Positions 1 through 10,300 are shown, numbered from the stretch's first letter. The stretch: DNA of 64,000 nt from Clostridiales bacterium (GCA_003522085.1 DPGI01000004.1:11082-75081); one strand, 5' to 3'. A program made the numbers and translations. The notes: a model not told the origin generated them from the letters alone.

Positions 1-492
1 TATCAAAACCTTGACGTTATTGGCATAGACATTTCCAAACACGCAATTAAAAAAGCAGCCAAAGAAAAGGGAGCGGCAAGCTTTTTGGTGGCATCAATTT
101 TTAATTTGCCTTTTCAAGATGAAACGATTGACGCTGTGATAAACATCTTTGCTCCAAAACCGGAGAAAGAGTTTTTAAGAGTGTTAAAAGATGGTGGCGT
201 TGTGATAGAAGTAACACCCGGCAAAAACCATTTGATAGAATTAAAGAAAGCAATTTACAGTGACCAAACTCGCAAAAATCAAGAAAAAACTTCTTTCAGT
301 GAATTAACGCTGATTGATTTTCAAAGATTAACTTATCAGTCAAAGGTAAAAGAAAATGACGACTTGATGCAACTAGTGATGATGACCCCATATTGGTATA
401 AAGGCGGCGAGAAGAACTTGAACGCGCTTAAAGAGTGCAACATTGACAATATTACATTTGACTTTATCATCAAACTTTGGAAGAAACAATAA
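1..492 (+). CDS. Class I SAM-dependent methyltransferase, RlmA (23S rRNA guanine-N1 methyltransferase)-like; 5' end cut by the window edge
   Basis: Frame 1 is open from nt 1 (YQNLDVIGIDISKHAIKKAAKEKGAASFLVASIFNLPFQDETIDAVINIFAP...), so the M at 85 in the track is internal. The GIDIS ... LPF.D..ID.V...FAP ... GG..I.V.P...HL.ELK pattern matches the RlmA/RrmA-type methyltransferase core. Stop TAA at 490-492 is followed by a terminator. Confidence 0.7.
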   Translation, partial: YQNLDVIGIDISKHAIKKAAKEKGAASFLVASIFNLPFQDETIDAVINIFAPKPEKEFLRVLKDGGVVIEVTPGKNHLIELKKAIYSDQTRKNQEKTSFSELTLIDFQRLTYQSKVKENDDLMQLVMMTPYWYKGGEKNLNALKECNIDNITFDFIIKLWKKQ

Positions 493-496
493 AAAA

Positions 497-521
497 AGCC
501 TAGCGTTTGCTAGGTTTTTTT
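497..521 (+). terminator. Intrinsic terminator after the methyltransferase gene
   Basis: Stem AGCCTAGC (497-504), loop GTTT, stem GCTAGGTT (509-516), with a T-run to 521. Confidence 0.7.
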
Positions 522-616
522 ATTCTGATCCAAAAGTTTTCACCATGGAAAAATAATTTGCAGTTGTCAATCTCCAACATGTCTATGTTTGTTGAGAGTT
601 CGACTGGTAATGCGTT

Positions 617-691
617 TGGTAGCCTCGAGGGGAGTCGAACCCCTCATTCCGCCGTGAAAGGGCGGCGTCTTAACCGATTGACCACGAGGCC
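617..691 (-). tRNA. tRNA-Glu (anticodon UUC), CCA encoded
   Basis: Reverse complement of 617-691 is GGCCTCGTGGTCAATCGGTTAAGACGCCGCCCTTTCACGGCGGAATGAGGGGTTCGACTCCCCTCGAGGCTACCA. It has a 7-bp acceptor stem (G1-U72 wobble, then six Watson-Crick pairs), anticodon loop CUUUCAC (UUC), T-arm AGGGG/TTCGACT/CCCCT, discriminator A and CCA. Total length is 75 nt, and the layout resembles Bacillus-type tRNA-Glu. Confidence 0.9.
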
Positions 692-754
692 AAAACTAAA
701 ATGCTCTTTGATTATATTGGAAATTCATCATAAAGTCAAGCATTTTTTCTAAAT

Positions 755-1489
755 TTATTTATTTTTTAATTCACTTCGTGCAAAACTGACAACATAAACC
801 TTATTGCAGTATTTCTTTAATGCCTTGCAACATTCATTTGCAGTTGCTCCAGTTGTTATCACATCATCAACAAGCAACACATTTTTCTTGAATATTGCTT
901 CTTTGTCAGTAACTTTAAAAGCACCATGCAAATTGCGTTGTCTGTCTGCAAAGCCAAGTTCTTTTTGATGTTGCGTTTCTTTGCATTTAGCTAGAGCAGT
1001 ATCGGTTTCAGGAATGCTGGTCAACTTTGAAAGTTCGTGCGCAATAAGTGTTGACTGATTGTAGTGGCGTCTTTTCATAGACTTTGCTGAAAGTGGAACA
1101 GGAATGATGACGTCAAATTTTATGTCGAACTCACATATGTAATTAAAAATTATCTTGGCCATCTTGGGAGCCAAGTATTTTGCATTGTCGTTTTTAAATT
1201 TTAAAACCAAACTTTTAACTTTGCCTTCATAAATCATAGCGGACAGCGCTTTGTCAAACGCTTTGCGATGATCTTTGCAATGATCGCACACTTCGCTTTC
1301 GTCCGTTATTTGTGAGTCGCAAATTTTGCAACGATTGCCTTGATTAAATGGCATTTGATTTTTGCAATCTTCGCAATATGGGACAGGCGAATCTTTGTCG
1401 ATGTCGCGACCGCAAAACATACATTTATAATTTGAAGGGAATAAAAGTTCTAAAAAGTTTTGATATACAATTTTGAATATATTTTTCAT
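755..1489 (-). CDS. comFC: ComF family protein (ComFC-like amidophosphoribosyltransferase-fold competence protein)
   Basis: N-terminal Cys-rich zinc-finger-like region (CMFCGR...CEDC...CKIC...CDHC) plus a C-terminal PRTase motif (VLLVDDVITTGATANEC). This is the canonical ComFC architecture. Confidence 0.8.
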   Translation of the reverse strand: MKNIFKIVYQNFLELLFPSNYKCMFCGRDIDKDSPVPYCEDCKNQMPFNQGNRCKICDSQITDESEVCDHCKDHRKAFDKALSAMIYEGKVKSLVLKFKNDNAKYLAPKMAKIIFNYICEFDIKFDVIIPVPLSAKSMKRRHYNQSTLIAHELSKLTSIPETDTALAKCKETQHQKELGFADRQRNLHGAFKVTDKEAIFKKNVLLVDDVITTGATANECCKALKKYCNKVYVVSFARSELKNK

Positions 1490-1512
1490 AGCAGTTAAAA
1501 ATTTTGATAATC

Positions 1513-1541
1513 AAAAAAATGGTGAAACTCACCATTTTTTA
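1513..1541. terminator. Bidirectional intrinsic terminator between convergent comFC and the small membrane protein gene
   Basis: A-run, then stem ATGGTGA (1519-1525), loop AAC, stem TCACCAT (1529-1535), then a T-run. Confidence 0.7.
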
Positions 1542-1543
1542 TT

Positions 1544-1768
1544 TTAGCAGTTCAGCAAACGCCAGATGCGGCCGTTAGTAATCATAAGAACAAGGTCAAC
1601 AACCCAGATAATGAATCCAAGTCCAATGAGTCTGATGATTCCTGCAACAATTTTGCCTTCGCTGAATCTGGTTATAGCGCCAAGGATCCAAGCTGTAACA
1701 GGGATGATTGCAAGAATAATGCTTACGATTCTGCTAAGTCCAAAATAATCATTTGATACTTTTGCCAT
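1544..1768 (-). CDS. Small integral membrane protein (74 aa, two predicted TM helices), function unknown
   Basis: ORF in the track with two hydrophobic stretches (IVSIILAIIPVTAWILGAI and LIGLGFIIWVVDLVLMI). The opposite-strand ORF 1566-1748 is its shadow. Confidence 0.5.
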   Translation of the reverse strand: MAKVSNDYFGLSRIVSIILAIIPVTAWILGAITRFSEGKIVAGIIRLIGLGFIIWVVDLVLMITNGRIWRLLNC

Positions 1769-1858
1769 TTCTAACTTCCTCCTCTAAATATAGAATAATA
1801 CTTTTGGTGTTTTTTTTGCAAGCAAATCAAAACAAAATTTAATAATTTTTTAAAATAA

Positions 1859-2020
1859 TTATTGTTTCGTTATTGAAATTATGACGCCCTCTTGAATAGA
1901 AGATGGAGTCAGATAGTTTTCCACCAAAATTTGAGTTTGTGATACGTCAAACTTTTCCGCGAGTGACGCCAAGGTGTCTCCATTTTTTATTTTATAGAAA
2001 GGCACATATTCTTTCTGCAT
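1859..2020 (-). CDS. Small LysM domain protein (53 aa); not in the supplied ORF track
   Basis: My translation of the minus strand is MQKEYVPFYKIKNGDTLASLAEKFDVSQTQILVENYLTPSSIQEGVIISITKQ*. The Y.I..GDTL..LA..F.V....I...N ... G..I.I pattern is the LysM signature. A GGAGG RBS sits just upstream (rc of 2027-2031). Confidence 0.7.
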   Translation of the reverse strand: MQKEYVPFYKIKNGDTLASLAEKFDVSQTQILVENYLTPSSIQEGVIISITKQ

Positions 2021-2109
2021 TTTAAACCTCCACATTTATTGTATTAAAGGAGCAAGTCCAATAATACAATAATTTTAGTTAGAACTTCGCGCGCTATTTT
2101 GGAGGAAAA

Positions 2110-3645
2110 ATGAAATCACTCGTCAAAACGGTGGCTTTGATCACAGGTTTTTCTATTCTTACACGAATTGCAGGTTTTTTGTTTCGTGTTTATTTGTCAA
2201 GAGCGATTGGCGCGGAGGCGCTGGGACTTTATCAAGTGGCGTTTTCGGTTTTCATAGTCCTTCTTACTATCGTTTCAAGTGGATTGCCGTTTATCGTTTC
2301 TAGGTTGACTGCAAGTTATCGGGTGGGTGAAAATCACAAAAAACAAAGTGGGCTGCTTATGTCTGCGATAATTATTGGACTGGTTGTCAGTGCTCTGCTG
2401 TGTGGGTGCGTGTTGATTTTTAGGAGCATTTTTTCAAAGTTGTTTACTGATGCTTCATGTATGATGATTTTAATTGTGCTGTTACCGGCGTTGGTGTTTT
2501 CTTCAGTTTACAGTGTTGTTCGCGGGGCGTTGTGGGGGCAAGGGAATTATTTTGCGCTTTGTGTGAGTGAGTTTTTTGAACAGATTGTCCGAATTTTTGT
2601 TTGCGTGCTGATGCTTTCGCCAGTCGCAAGTGTTGTGACAAACTCAGTCAGCGCTGCGTGGTCGCTTACGATTGCTTGCGCCGCGTCGATGGTTTTTGTC
2701 CTTCTTTTATATTTCATTTATGGCGGAAGACTGTCTAAGCCAAAAGATTTTAAACAACTTTTGCGTCGCTCGACTCCAATCACTGGTGTAAGAGTTGGTG
2801 GAAGTTTGGCACAGCCGCTTGTGGCGTTGATTATTCCTGCTAGGCTTATGAGCATTGGATATTCGTCTTCGCAAGCGATGAGCCTTTTTGGCGTGGCTGT
2901 GGGCATGACGATGCCGCTGCTGTTTGTTCCATCTGCACTTATTGGAGCGCTTTCGACGGCGCTTGTTCCGGACATTTCGATGGCCGTGGCAAAAGAAGAC
3001 ACAAAGCACATTGAAACGCGCATTCGAACCAGTATTATATTCGCGTTGTTTATCAGCGCTATGACCGTGCCTTTGTTTGCGGGTGCGGGTGAAGAAATCG
3101 GGCAATTTTTGTATGGCAATTCACTCAGCGGGCTTATATTGGCCTCGTCTGCTTGGATCATGCTTCCGATGGGACTCAACAACATAACAAGTTCGCTTTT
3201 AAATTCGCTAGGTTATGAAATTCGCTCTTGCATCAATTATTTCATTGGAGCGATTGTAATGTTTTTAGCGATGTGGTTTTTGCCAATCATTTGTGGAATC
3301 AATGCACTGTTTTTGGGAACGGGATTGTGCATGTGTGTAACCAGTGCACTCAATTTCTTTATGCTTAAAAGAAAAACAAAAATATCACTTAAATTGTTTA
3401 AGCCACTTTCACTTTTGTGCTTGATTACTTTGCCATGTGCAGCGCTTGTTAGTTTTATTGATAAATTGTGCGTTATGGTTATGCCGGCTTTCTTTGCTAT
3501 CGTGATTTCGTGCACGGTGGGAGTTATTTTCTATTTGCTGCTTTGCATGGTGTTTAACATTGTTGACGTGAAGGGCTATTTTGTAAGCATTTCGTCAAAA
3601 TTTAAGCCAAAGCGGCCGAAAAAATTAAAAATAGTAAAAAATTAG
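2110..3645 (+). CDS. MOP-superfamily polysaccharide/lipid II flippase (MurJ/SpoVB/YtgP-like)
   Basis: 511 aa and polytopic. The N-terminus (ITGFSILTRIAGFLFRVYLSRAIGAEALGLYQVAFSVF) is typical of the SpoVB/MurJ-type family. GGAGG RBS upstream. The minus-strand ORFs inside it (2444-3515) are shadows. Confidence 0.75.
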   Translation: MKSLVKTVALITGFSILTRIAGFLFRVYLSRAIGAEALGLYQVAFSVFIVLLTIVSSGLPFIVSRLTASYRVGENHKKQSGLLMSAIIIGLVVSALLCGCVLIFRSIFSKLFTDASCMMILIVLLPALVFSSVYSVVRGALWGQGNYFALCVSEFFEQIVRIFVCVLMLSPVASVVTNSVSAAWSLTIACAASMVFVLLLYFIYGGRLSKPKDFKQLLRRSTPITGVRVGGSLAQPLVALIIPARLMSIGYSSSQAMSLFGVAVGMTMPLLFVPSALIGALSTALVPDISMAVAKEDTKHIETRIRTSIIFALFISAMTVPLFAGAGEEIGQFLYGNSLSGLILASSAWIMLPMGLNNITSSLLNSLGYEIRSCINYFIGAIVMFLAMWFLPIICGINALFLGTGLCMCVTSALNFFMLKRKTKISLKLFKPLSLLCLITLPCAALVSFIDKLCVMVMPAFFAIVISCTVGVIFYLLLCMVFNIVDVKGYFVSISSKFKPKRPKKLKIVKN

Positions 3646-3673
3646 TGAAAAATTTTTAAATTTTGCTCACACT

Positions 3674-4390
3674 ATGGATATGCTTACAATAATCATTCGC
3701 TCAATCATAATCTATCTGATAGTGCTTTTCATGTTTAGAATTATGGGCAAGCGGCAACTGGGGCAAATGCAGCCTTTCGAGTTGGTGCTGACTTTGATTA
3801 TTGCCGATTTGGCAACCATTCCTATGGCAGAGGTCGGCGTTCCGGTGCTGCATGGAATCATACCACTTTTCACGCTTGTTATATTGCACTATTTACTCAC
3901 GTTGCTTACAAGGTCGAGCACGGCTATTTCGGCAATTGTAAGTGGCAAGCCTGTGATTGTAATCAACTCGCAGGGAATCGATTATAAAGCGATGAAAAAA
4001 TTAAATCTGACAGTCGACGACATTTTAGAATCGATGCGCGGGCTGGGATACTTTTCGCTTGATCAAGTTGAGTTTGCCATAATGGAGACAAATGGAAAGC
4101 TGAGTGTTTTGCCTAAGGCCGAATATGCTCCAGCCACCAACGAAAGCGTTAAAGCGAAGGTCGAAAAATCTGTAATTCCGGTTAATTTGATTTGCGAAGG
4201 CAAACTTATGAAAGAAAACCTGCCAGTAGCAAAAGTTGACGAAGCATTTGTGCTAAAGTTTTTAAAAGACAAAAACAAGAAAGCAAAACTTAAAGATGTG
4301 CTTGTTATGACACTGGACGAAAACGGGCAGGTTTATTTGCAATACAAAACGGGCGGCAAGCAAATTTATGAAAATGTGAGGGCGGCATGA
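3674..4390 (+). CDS. DUF421 (YetF-like) membrane protein
   Basis: N-terminal TM region with MGKRQLGQMQPFELVLTLIIADLA, the hallmark of DUF421/YetF proteins, plus a C-terminal soluble domain. Confidence 0.75.
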   Translation: MDMLTIIIRSIIIYLIVLFMFRIMGKRQLGQMQPFELVLTLIIADLATIPMAEVGVPVLHGIIPLFTLVILHYLLTLLTRSSTAISAIVSGKPVIVINSQGIDYKAMKKLNLTVDDILESMRGLGYFSLDQVEFAIMETNGKLSVLPKAEYAPATNESVKAKVEKSVIPVNLICEGKLMKENLPVAKVDEAFVLKFLKDKNKKAKLKDVLVMTLDENGQVYLQYKTGGKQIYENVRAA

Positions 4391-4782
4391 GAATTTTTTC
4401 AAAAATAATGTTAGCCTTGATTTTTGTGTTTTTGATTGTAATAAGTGTCAGTGAAGACCTTGTCGTGACGGGAGGACTTAGGCAAGTTATGGACGATTGC
4501 CTTTACATAGAAAAACTTTCAGACGAACTTGATGACGTGCGCACAATGCCAATCGCTTTGGCTGTGGGAGATTTGGAAAGCAACTGGAAGAAAAATGAAG
4601 GGGATATGTGCTATTTGGTAAATCACAAAAACATTCAAGAAATCGGTCTTGAAATATCCAAAATGAAAGTCTATCAAAAAGAAAACGACACAAAAGAATT
4701 TCGCGCTTGTTTAGAATCGATTAAACTTTACAGCAAAGGATATTTGCATTTTATGGGAGCAAATTTACACAATGTTTTATAA
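4387..4782 (+). CDS. DUF4363-like small membrane-anchored protein
   Basis: ATGA start/stop overlap with the DUF421 gene. It has an N-terminal TM helix and is 131 aa. The DUF421-DUF4363 pairing is a common Firmicutes arrangement. Confidence 0.55.
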   Translation: MRIFSKIMLALIFVFLIVISVSEDLVVTGGLRQVMDDCLYIEKLSDELDDVRTMPIALAVGDLESNWKKNEGDMCYLVNHKNIQEIGLEISKMKVYQKENDTKEFRACLESIKLYSKGYLHFMGANLHNVL

Positions 4783-4832
4783 AATTGTAAAAGTAGAAGA
4801 AGAAATAAACTATCAAAAAAGATAAAAAGCAT

Positions 4833-4867
4833 AAAAAAAACGACTGAAGATCTCAGTCGGTTTTTTG
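4833..4867. terminator. Bidirectional intrinsic terminator
   Basis: A8 run, stem CGACTGA (4841-4847), loop AGATC, stem TCAGTCG (4853-4859), T-run 4861-4866. It lies between convergent genes. Confidence 0.75.
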
Positions 4868-4875
4868 GTTAATTT

Positions 4876-5997
4876 TTAATAAACTTTTTCTTTTTTGATT
4901 GATATTACAATCACTACGGCCACTGCAATTCCTGCGGCGGCAGCGGCACCAACAACAATCCAGATAATAGATTGTGTTGAAAGTCCTTTAACGGTTGAAA
5001 CTTTTGCACTTATTGCAACTTCATGAGTTGTGGTTAAGTCTTCTTTGAAGATGCGGCATTCTGCTTTCCAAGTTCCTTCAATGCCTGGGTCGAAGGTGAA
5101 CGACTGTCCTCTTCTTTCAACTGATTCGTGTGGAAAGATTGCGTTTGTTGTATTTGGATTTGTGATTTCTTCAGGAGTCAACACATATGATCTTCCGTCT
5201 TTTCCTGTGCCTGTCACAGACCAGTAAATTTGTTCGCGGTTAACGAATTTGTATGATGCGTCAATGCTGAAAAGGAAGGCATCTTTTACGCTTCCTTTAC
5301 TTGAAATTGCTTTGACAGAGACGATAGGCTTTGAAAGACTCTCAACAGAGTCCGGCTTTAATTGGAAAATTTGACTTTGTTTTGCTCCGGTTACTGGATC
5401 TTGATACGAGAAGATATAAAGTCCCATTCCGCCACGTTTTGTGTATTTTTCGCCCAAAGTGCTTGAGCCGATGAATACATTTTCACCAGGGATCGTGTTT
5501 GAATCAATTGTGAAATACAATTCTTTTACGATTTTGTCTTTTGTTACGGTTTCGTCTGGTGCAAGTGCAAGAAGATCAACGGTTATTGTGTGGTCAGTAT
5601 CAAAAAGTGCTTGTTTGTCTTTGATGAGTTCTGGCGTCCATGAAAGAGTGTATTTGTAGTTGTAAAATTCGGCATCGGCTAGGGCGTCAGTGTTTAATGT
5701 AATTTTAAAATTGCGAATGTCTTTCCACGCATAGGTTTCTGACTTCCAGTTGTCAACTGTGCTTGAGCCGTTGTTTAACTTAATGTCGTTTGCAATGTCC
5801 AGAGTTGACAACCTTGCATTGTCGTGGCCGTAAGCTTCAACGGCAATAAGTGATGTGTCAAGCGCAGCAATATTCATTTCGCCTTCAGCAGCGTTTAATG
5901 CACTGGTTTGAAATGCACCAAATGTGAAAACTAAAGATAGGGCAATCATGATTGCCATGCCAATAAAAACAAATGATTTTGAAATTGCTTTTTTCAT
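4876..5997 (-). CDS. Secreted, C-terminally membrane-anchored surface protein (373 aa), function unknown
   Basis: The likely start is the ATG at 5997 (MKKAISKSFVFIGMAIMIALSLVFTFGAFQTSALNA signal peptide) with a GAGAGG RBS, not the track start at 6030. The ectodomain is beta-rich. The C-terminal TM helix (IIWIVVGAAAAAGIAVAVVIVISI) is followed by KKEK. Confidence 0.6.
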   Translation of the reverse strand: MKKAISKSFVFIGMAIMIALSLVFTFGAFQTSALNAAEGEMNIAALDTSLIAVEAYGHDNARLSTLDIANDIKLNNGSSTVDNWKSETYAWKDIRNFKITLNTDALADAEFYNYKYTLSWTPELIKDKQALFDTDHTITVDLLALAPDETVTKDKIVKELYFTIDSNTIPGENVFIGSSTLGEKYTKRGGMGLYIFSYQDPVTGAKQSQIFQLKPDSVESLSKPIVSVKAISSKGSVKDAFLFSIDASYKFVNREQIYWSVTGTGKDGRSYVLTPEEITNPNTTNAIFPHESVERRGQSFTFDPGIEGTWKAECRIFKEDLTTTHEVAISAKVSTVKGLSTQSIIWIVVGAAAAAGIAVAVVIVISIKKEKVY

Positions 5998-6144
5998 TTT
6001 GACCTCTCTAAATTTAGATAAGTATAACATAAGAATAAATATTTAAAAAATATTTTTGACTATTTTTTAAAATTTGTTCAATAAGATTTTGTTGACTTTA
6101 TGCTGTTTTTAAACTAAAATAATTGTATAAATGTGAGGTTTTTA

Positions 6145-6882
6145 ATGGAAACTTTAATAGAAGAAGAAAAAAGCATAATATTTGAACAACCAATCATCGC
6201 CCCAAAGGATTATGGCTGGGTTAGAGACGAGGCTATGGCAGTTGTTTTTCACACGCCTGGCGACGATCTTGACTTGTGCGGGAAAAGCAAACTTGAATGG
6301 GTGGAACTTAGCTGTGTAAACATGCTTACAAAAGTGGCAGACGAGCCAAACGATGACGAATTTTTTGGATTGTTAAAACAACTTTCTGCTGGGAAACAAT
6401 ATGTTGTTGTTCTTTATTCAGATACGCCGCTTCTTAAGCAAAACACAATTTTAGAAGCACTTGATTATGTTTCAAGCAAAAATTTGAATGCGGTTATTCT
6501 TCCAAGAGGTTTTATTTTTAAAGCCGCATATCTTGATGGAAACATGATAAGTTCGCCAATCAGAAAAAACTTTGCTCCCGAACAATTTGAAAGCATCAAT
6601 TCGCCTGAGCAGATAAGTCGTGCTTGTGAAAAACTTTGGGCTGAAATAAGACAATTTCATAAAGACAACGGTGTTGTTTTAAAAGGCGAAAACACTATTT
6701 TTATTGATGCAGATGTTGTTATTGAAAGCGGCACAATAATCGAGCCAAACAACATCATTAAAGGCAAAAGCACAATCGAACAAAACGTGATTTTAAAAAG
6801 CGGAAACTACATCGAAGATTCGGTTGTCGCAGCGGGCTTAGTTTTGGCGAGAAAGACAATTATAAACGGAGAAATAGTTTGA
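6145..6882 (+). CDS. Degenerate, truncated GlmU-like protein (nucleotidyltransferase-like N-domain plus a short left-handed beta-helix)
   Basis: It occupies the position upstream of pth-mfd that glmU/gcaD holds in Bacillus-type gene order. VVLYSDTPLL resembles the GlmU YGD.PL motif. The C-terminal hexapeptide-like repeats are IFIDADVVIESGTIIEPNNIIKGKSTIEQNVILKSGNYIEDS. The L.AG.GTRM signature is absent and the beta-helix is much shorter than in GlmU. ATG 6145 is preferred because GAGG sits 6 nt upstream. Confidence 0.5.
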   Translation: METLIEEEKSIIFEQPIIAPKDYGWVRDEAMAVVFHTPGDDLDLCGKSKLEWVELSCVNMLTKVADEPNDDEFFGLLKQLSAGKQYVVVLYSDTPLLKQNTILEALDYVSSKNLNAVILPRGFIFKAAYLDGNMISSPIRKNFAPEQFESINSPEQISRACEKLWAEIRQFHKDNGVVLKGENTIFIDADVVIESGTIIEPNNIIKGKSTIEQNVILKSGNYIEDSVVAAGLVLARKTIINGEIV

Positions 6883-7379
6883 GAATTATTGTAGGTCTGG
6901 GAAATCCTGGAAAAGAATATGAAAATACATCTCACAACATCGGCTTTAAAACTGTGAACAAACTTGCCGATGATTTTTCGATACCTTTTTCTAAAAAAGG
7001 ATACAAAGCAGTTTATGGCGAAGGGAAAATTGGCGGCGAAAAAATTATGCTTGTCAAGCCACAAACTTATATGAACAATTCTGGCGAATGTCTTTTGATG
7101 CTTAAAAGCAAATTTAAAGATGCTAGGATTTTAGTTATTGTCGACGATATTGACACCGAAAGGGGAAATATAAAATACAAACTCCGCGGCAGTGGCGGAA
7201 CGCACAACGGGCTTAGAGATATTGTTAGCTTGATTGGAGAAGAATTTGAAAGACTGAAACTTGGCATAGGAAAACCGGACGGCGATTTAAAAGATTTTGT
7301 TTTACACAAAATGGACTCATCGTTGCAGACAGAACTTGTTGAAAAGGCTTGCCAAAGAGTTGAAGAATGGCTGAGATAA
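6879..7379 (+). CDS. pth: Peptidyl-tRNA hydrolase
   Basis: MRIIVGLGNPGKEYENTSHNIGF ... KPQTYMNNSGE ... GGHNGLRD-type motifs. The TTG start overlaps the upstream TGA. Confidence 0.95.
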   Translation: MRIIVGLGNPGKEYENTSHNIGFKTVNKLADDFSIPFSKKGYKAVYGEGKIGGEKIMLVKPQTYMNNSGECLLMLKSKFKDARILVIVDDIDTERGNIKYKLRGSGGTHNGLRDIVSLIGEEFERLKLGIGKPDGDLKDFVLHKMDSSLQTELVEKACQRVEEWLR

Positions 7380-10300
7380 AAGACGTTTTAAATGCGCTTA
7401 GTCAAAGCCCCCTTGGAAAAGCTAAGCACATAAGCGGAATTAAAGATGGAGAAAAGGCGCTGCTGGTCGCATTAAAGGGACGCAGCGTTGTTTTGTCATC
7501 TGACTTTGTTGAAGCAGTAAAATTAAAAAGAAACCTAACAAGCCTTGGACAGAAGTGCGAAATTATTTCGGCGGGCAGAGAAGTTGGAATTAAAAACGAC
7601 GACAACCTTGCAGCGTTTGCAAGCGGCTTGGCAAATTTTGTTTCGCACAAACTGAGCCACTTAATTTTTCTTCCAAGCTCGATTGTAACAAAGTTTGATT
7701 TGCAACCATTTTTGCATCCAATACGTGTGGCTGTTGGGCAAGAAATAGCGCCTACAAAACTGGCGGAGGAACTTATTAAAATTGGATATGAGCGTGTTGG
7801 ACTTGTTTCGTCAGAAGGCGAATTTGCTCTTCGCGGCGACATTTTTGATATATTTCCTATGGGAAGTGAAACGCCAATAAGATGTGACTTTTTTGATGAA
7901 AATATCGAAAATATCACGTTTTTTAACCAAAATGACATGAAAAATCTAGAAAAAATTGATAATTATTTGATTTTTCCGTCATCTTTATCGGTCGGAGAAA
8001 ACAACGTTTGCGATTTGTGCGAAAATGTTGTGGCCGACAAAATTGAAAGGCTTGGACCACAAATTGATTTGCTTTTAAAAAGTTACAGCGTGATGAACGA
8101 ATATGATGCAAAAGAATATTTGCACTCTGACGAATTGAAATATACACTTGCATTTTCACTCTCAGGAGGCGAAGATGTTAGGTCTGAAGCTGAAGTGAGC
8201 TATCTGCACAATTTTGCCGATCTTGCCAGCGACTTAAAAATTTTTGACCCTGAAAAACAAAAAGTTATTTTGTTTGCTGGCGATGAAAATTCTAAAAACA
8301 GAATTAAAAATTTCTTGCTTGGACAAGAGATTTCATTTTACGATTTTGAAAACTCTTCTTTTGATGAACACGGCTTTTTTGTTTCAAGTTTTTATTTTCC
8401 AAATTCATTTTCTTTTCCAGAACTTGGCATCTTTGCAATTGGCTCGGATAATTTAACAAAACAAAAAGCCAGCGTTCTTTCGCGTGCGAAAAAAGATGCA
8501 TTTTATCAACCTAAAATTGGCGAATATGTTGTTCACGATTTTCACGGCATAGGCAAATGTATCAAAATTGAAAGAATGTCGCTTGCAGGCTGTGAAAAAG
8601 ATTATTTTGTAATTGAATATCGCAACGGCGGAACGTTATATTTGCCAAGTGAGCAGGCAAGTTCGCTTTCGGCTTACGTCGGCGAAGAAAACCCTAAAAT
8701 GAACACTCTTGGTGGCCGCGAGTTTGAACAGATGAAAGCCAAAGTCAAAGAAAAACTTGAAGGTTTTGCTTTGGAACTTATGCAGGCTTACAAAGAGCGC
8801 GAAGAGTCAAAAGGATACAAATTTAAATCAGAACCTTTTTTAGAGTCGGCCTTTGCAAATGCATTTGAATTTGAAGAAACTGCCGACCAAGCACAGGCAA
8901 TAAGCGAAGTGCTTGCGGATATGGAAAGCGACAAGGTTATGGACAGGCTGCTTTGCGGCGATGTTGGATTCGGCAAGACCGAAGTTGCATATCGTGCTGC
9001 ATTTAAGGCAGTTATCAACAACAAGCAAGTTGCGTTTTTGTGTCCAACAACGATTTTAAGCGAGCAGCATTTTGCAAACGCCGAAAAGCGAATGAAAGAT
9101 TTTGGTGTTAAAATTGAAGTGCTGAACCGCTTTAAAAAACCTTCTGAAGTCAAAGAAATTTTAGAAAGAGTGCAAAAGGGCGAAATTGATATTTTGATTG
9201 GAACACACAAAATTTTATCAAAAAACGTTGTGTTTAAAGACCTTGGGCTTTTAATTGTTGATGAAGAACAGAGATTTGGGGTTGCCGACAAAGAAAAAAT
9301 TAAAGCGATGAAAAAGAATGTTGATGTTCTTGCGCTGTCGGCTACGCCTATTCCTAGAACGCTGCATATGTCACTTGCTGGTATAAGAGATATTTCTGTT
9401 ATTACAACTCCGCCTAAAGATAGGCTTCCAATTCAAACCTATGTCACAAGTGAGGACGACGATGTAGTTGCTTCTGTCATTCGAAGAGAACTTGCACGAG
9501 AAGGCAAGTGTTTTGTCATTTACAACCGCGTGCAGAGTATTAATTTGGTTGCCGGACATATTGCTTCGCTTGTTCCAGAAGCGAAAATTGGAGTTGCGCA
9601 CGGGCAGATGAACGAGCGCGCTTTGCAAAATGTTATTGACAAACTTTTCCAAGGTCAATACAACGTTTTTGTCTCGACAACATTGATTGAAAACGGAATT
9701 GACTTGCCATCTGCAAACAGCATGATTATTTTTGATGCAGACTTGTTGGGACTTAGTCAACTATATCAGTTGCGTGGCAGAATTGGACGAAGTGACAAAC
9801 TGAGTTATGCATATTTGCTTTATAAACAAGGAAAACTGCTGACCGAAGAGTCTTACAAGCGCCTAGAAGCGATAAAAGAATTTAGAGAACTTGGCAGCGG
9901 CTTTAAAATTTCGATGCGCGATTTAGAGATTCGCGGGGCAGGAAATGTTTTTGGAAAGGAACAACATGGCCACATTGAAAAAGTCGGATACGACATGTAT
10001 GTCAAGTTGTTAAACGAAACAATCGGGCAGTTACAAGGCAAGGTTAAACGCGAAACAAAGCCTGTTAAGATTGAACTTCCTGTCGACGCGTTTATTCCTG
10101 AAAATTATGTTCCTGTAAGCGAAGAGCGCATTGCATATTATGTTAAAATCAGCGAATGTTCGTCGAGGGACGATGTTCGAAGCGTTCTTCAATCGCTTAG
10201 CGAAGGATTTGGAGATGTTCCACAAAGCGTTGTGAATTTGACTAAAATTGCGCTCATCAAAAACTTGTCGGAGCAATTTAATATTAAAACTGTCAAATTC

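Noticed and set aside
507-752. 81-aa plus-strand ORF in the track
   Set aside because: It runs antisense across the tRNA-Glu gene (617-691) and the terminator region. It has no RBS, and its composition is dictated by the tRNA. I consider it spurious.
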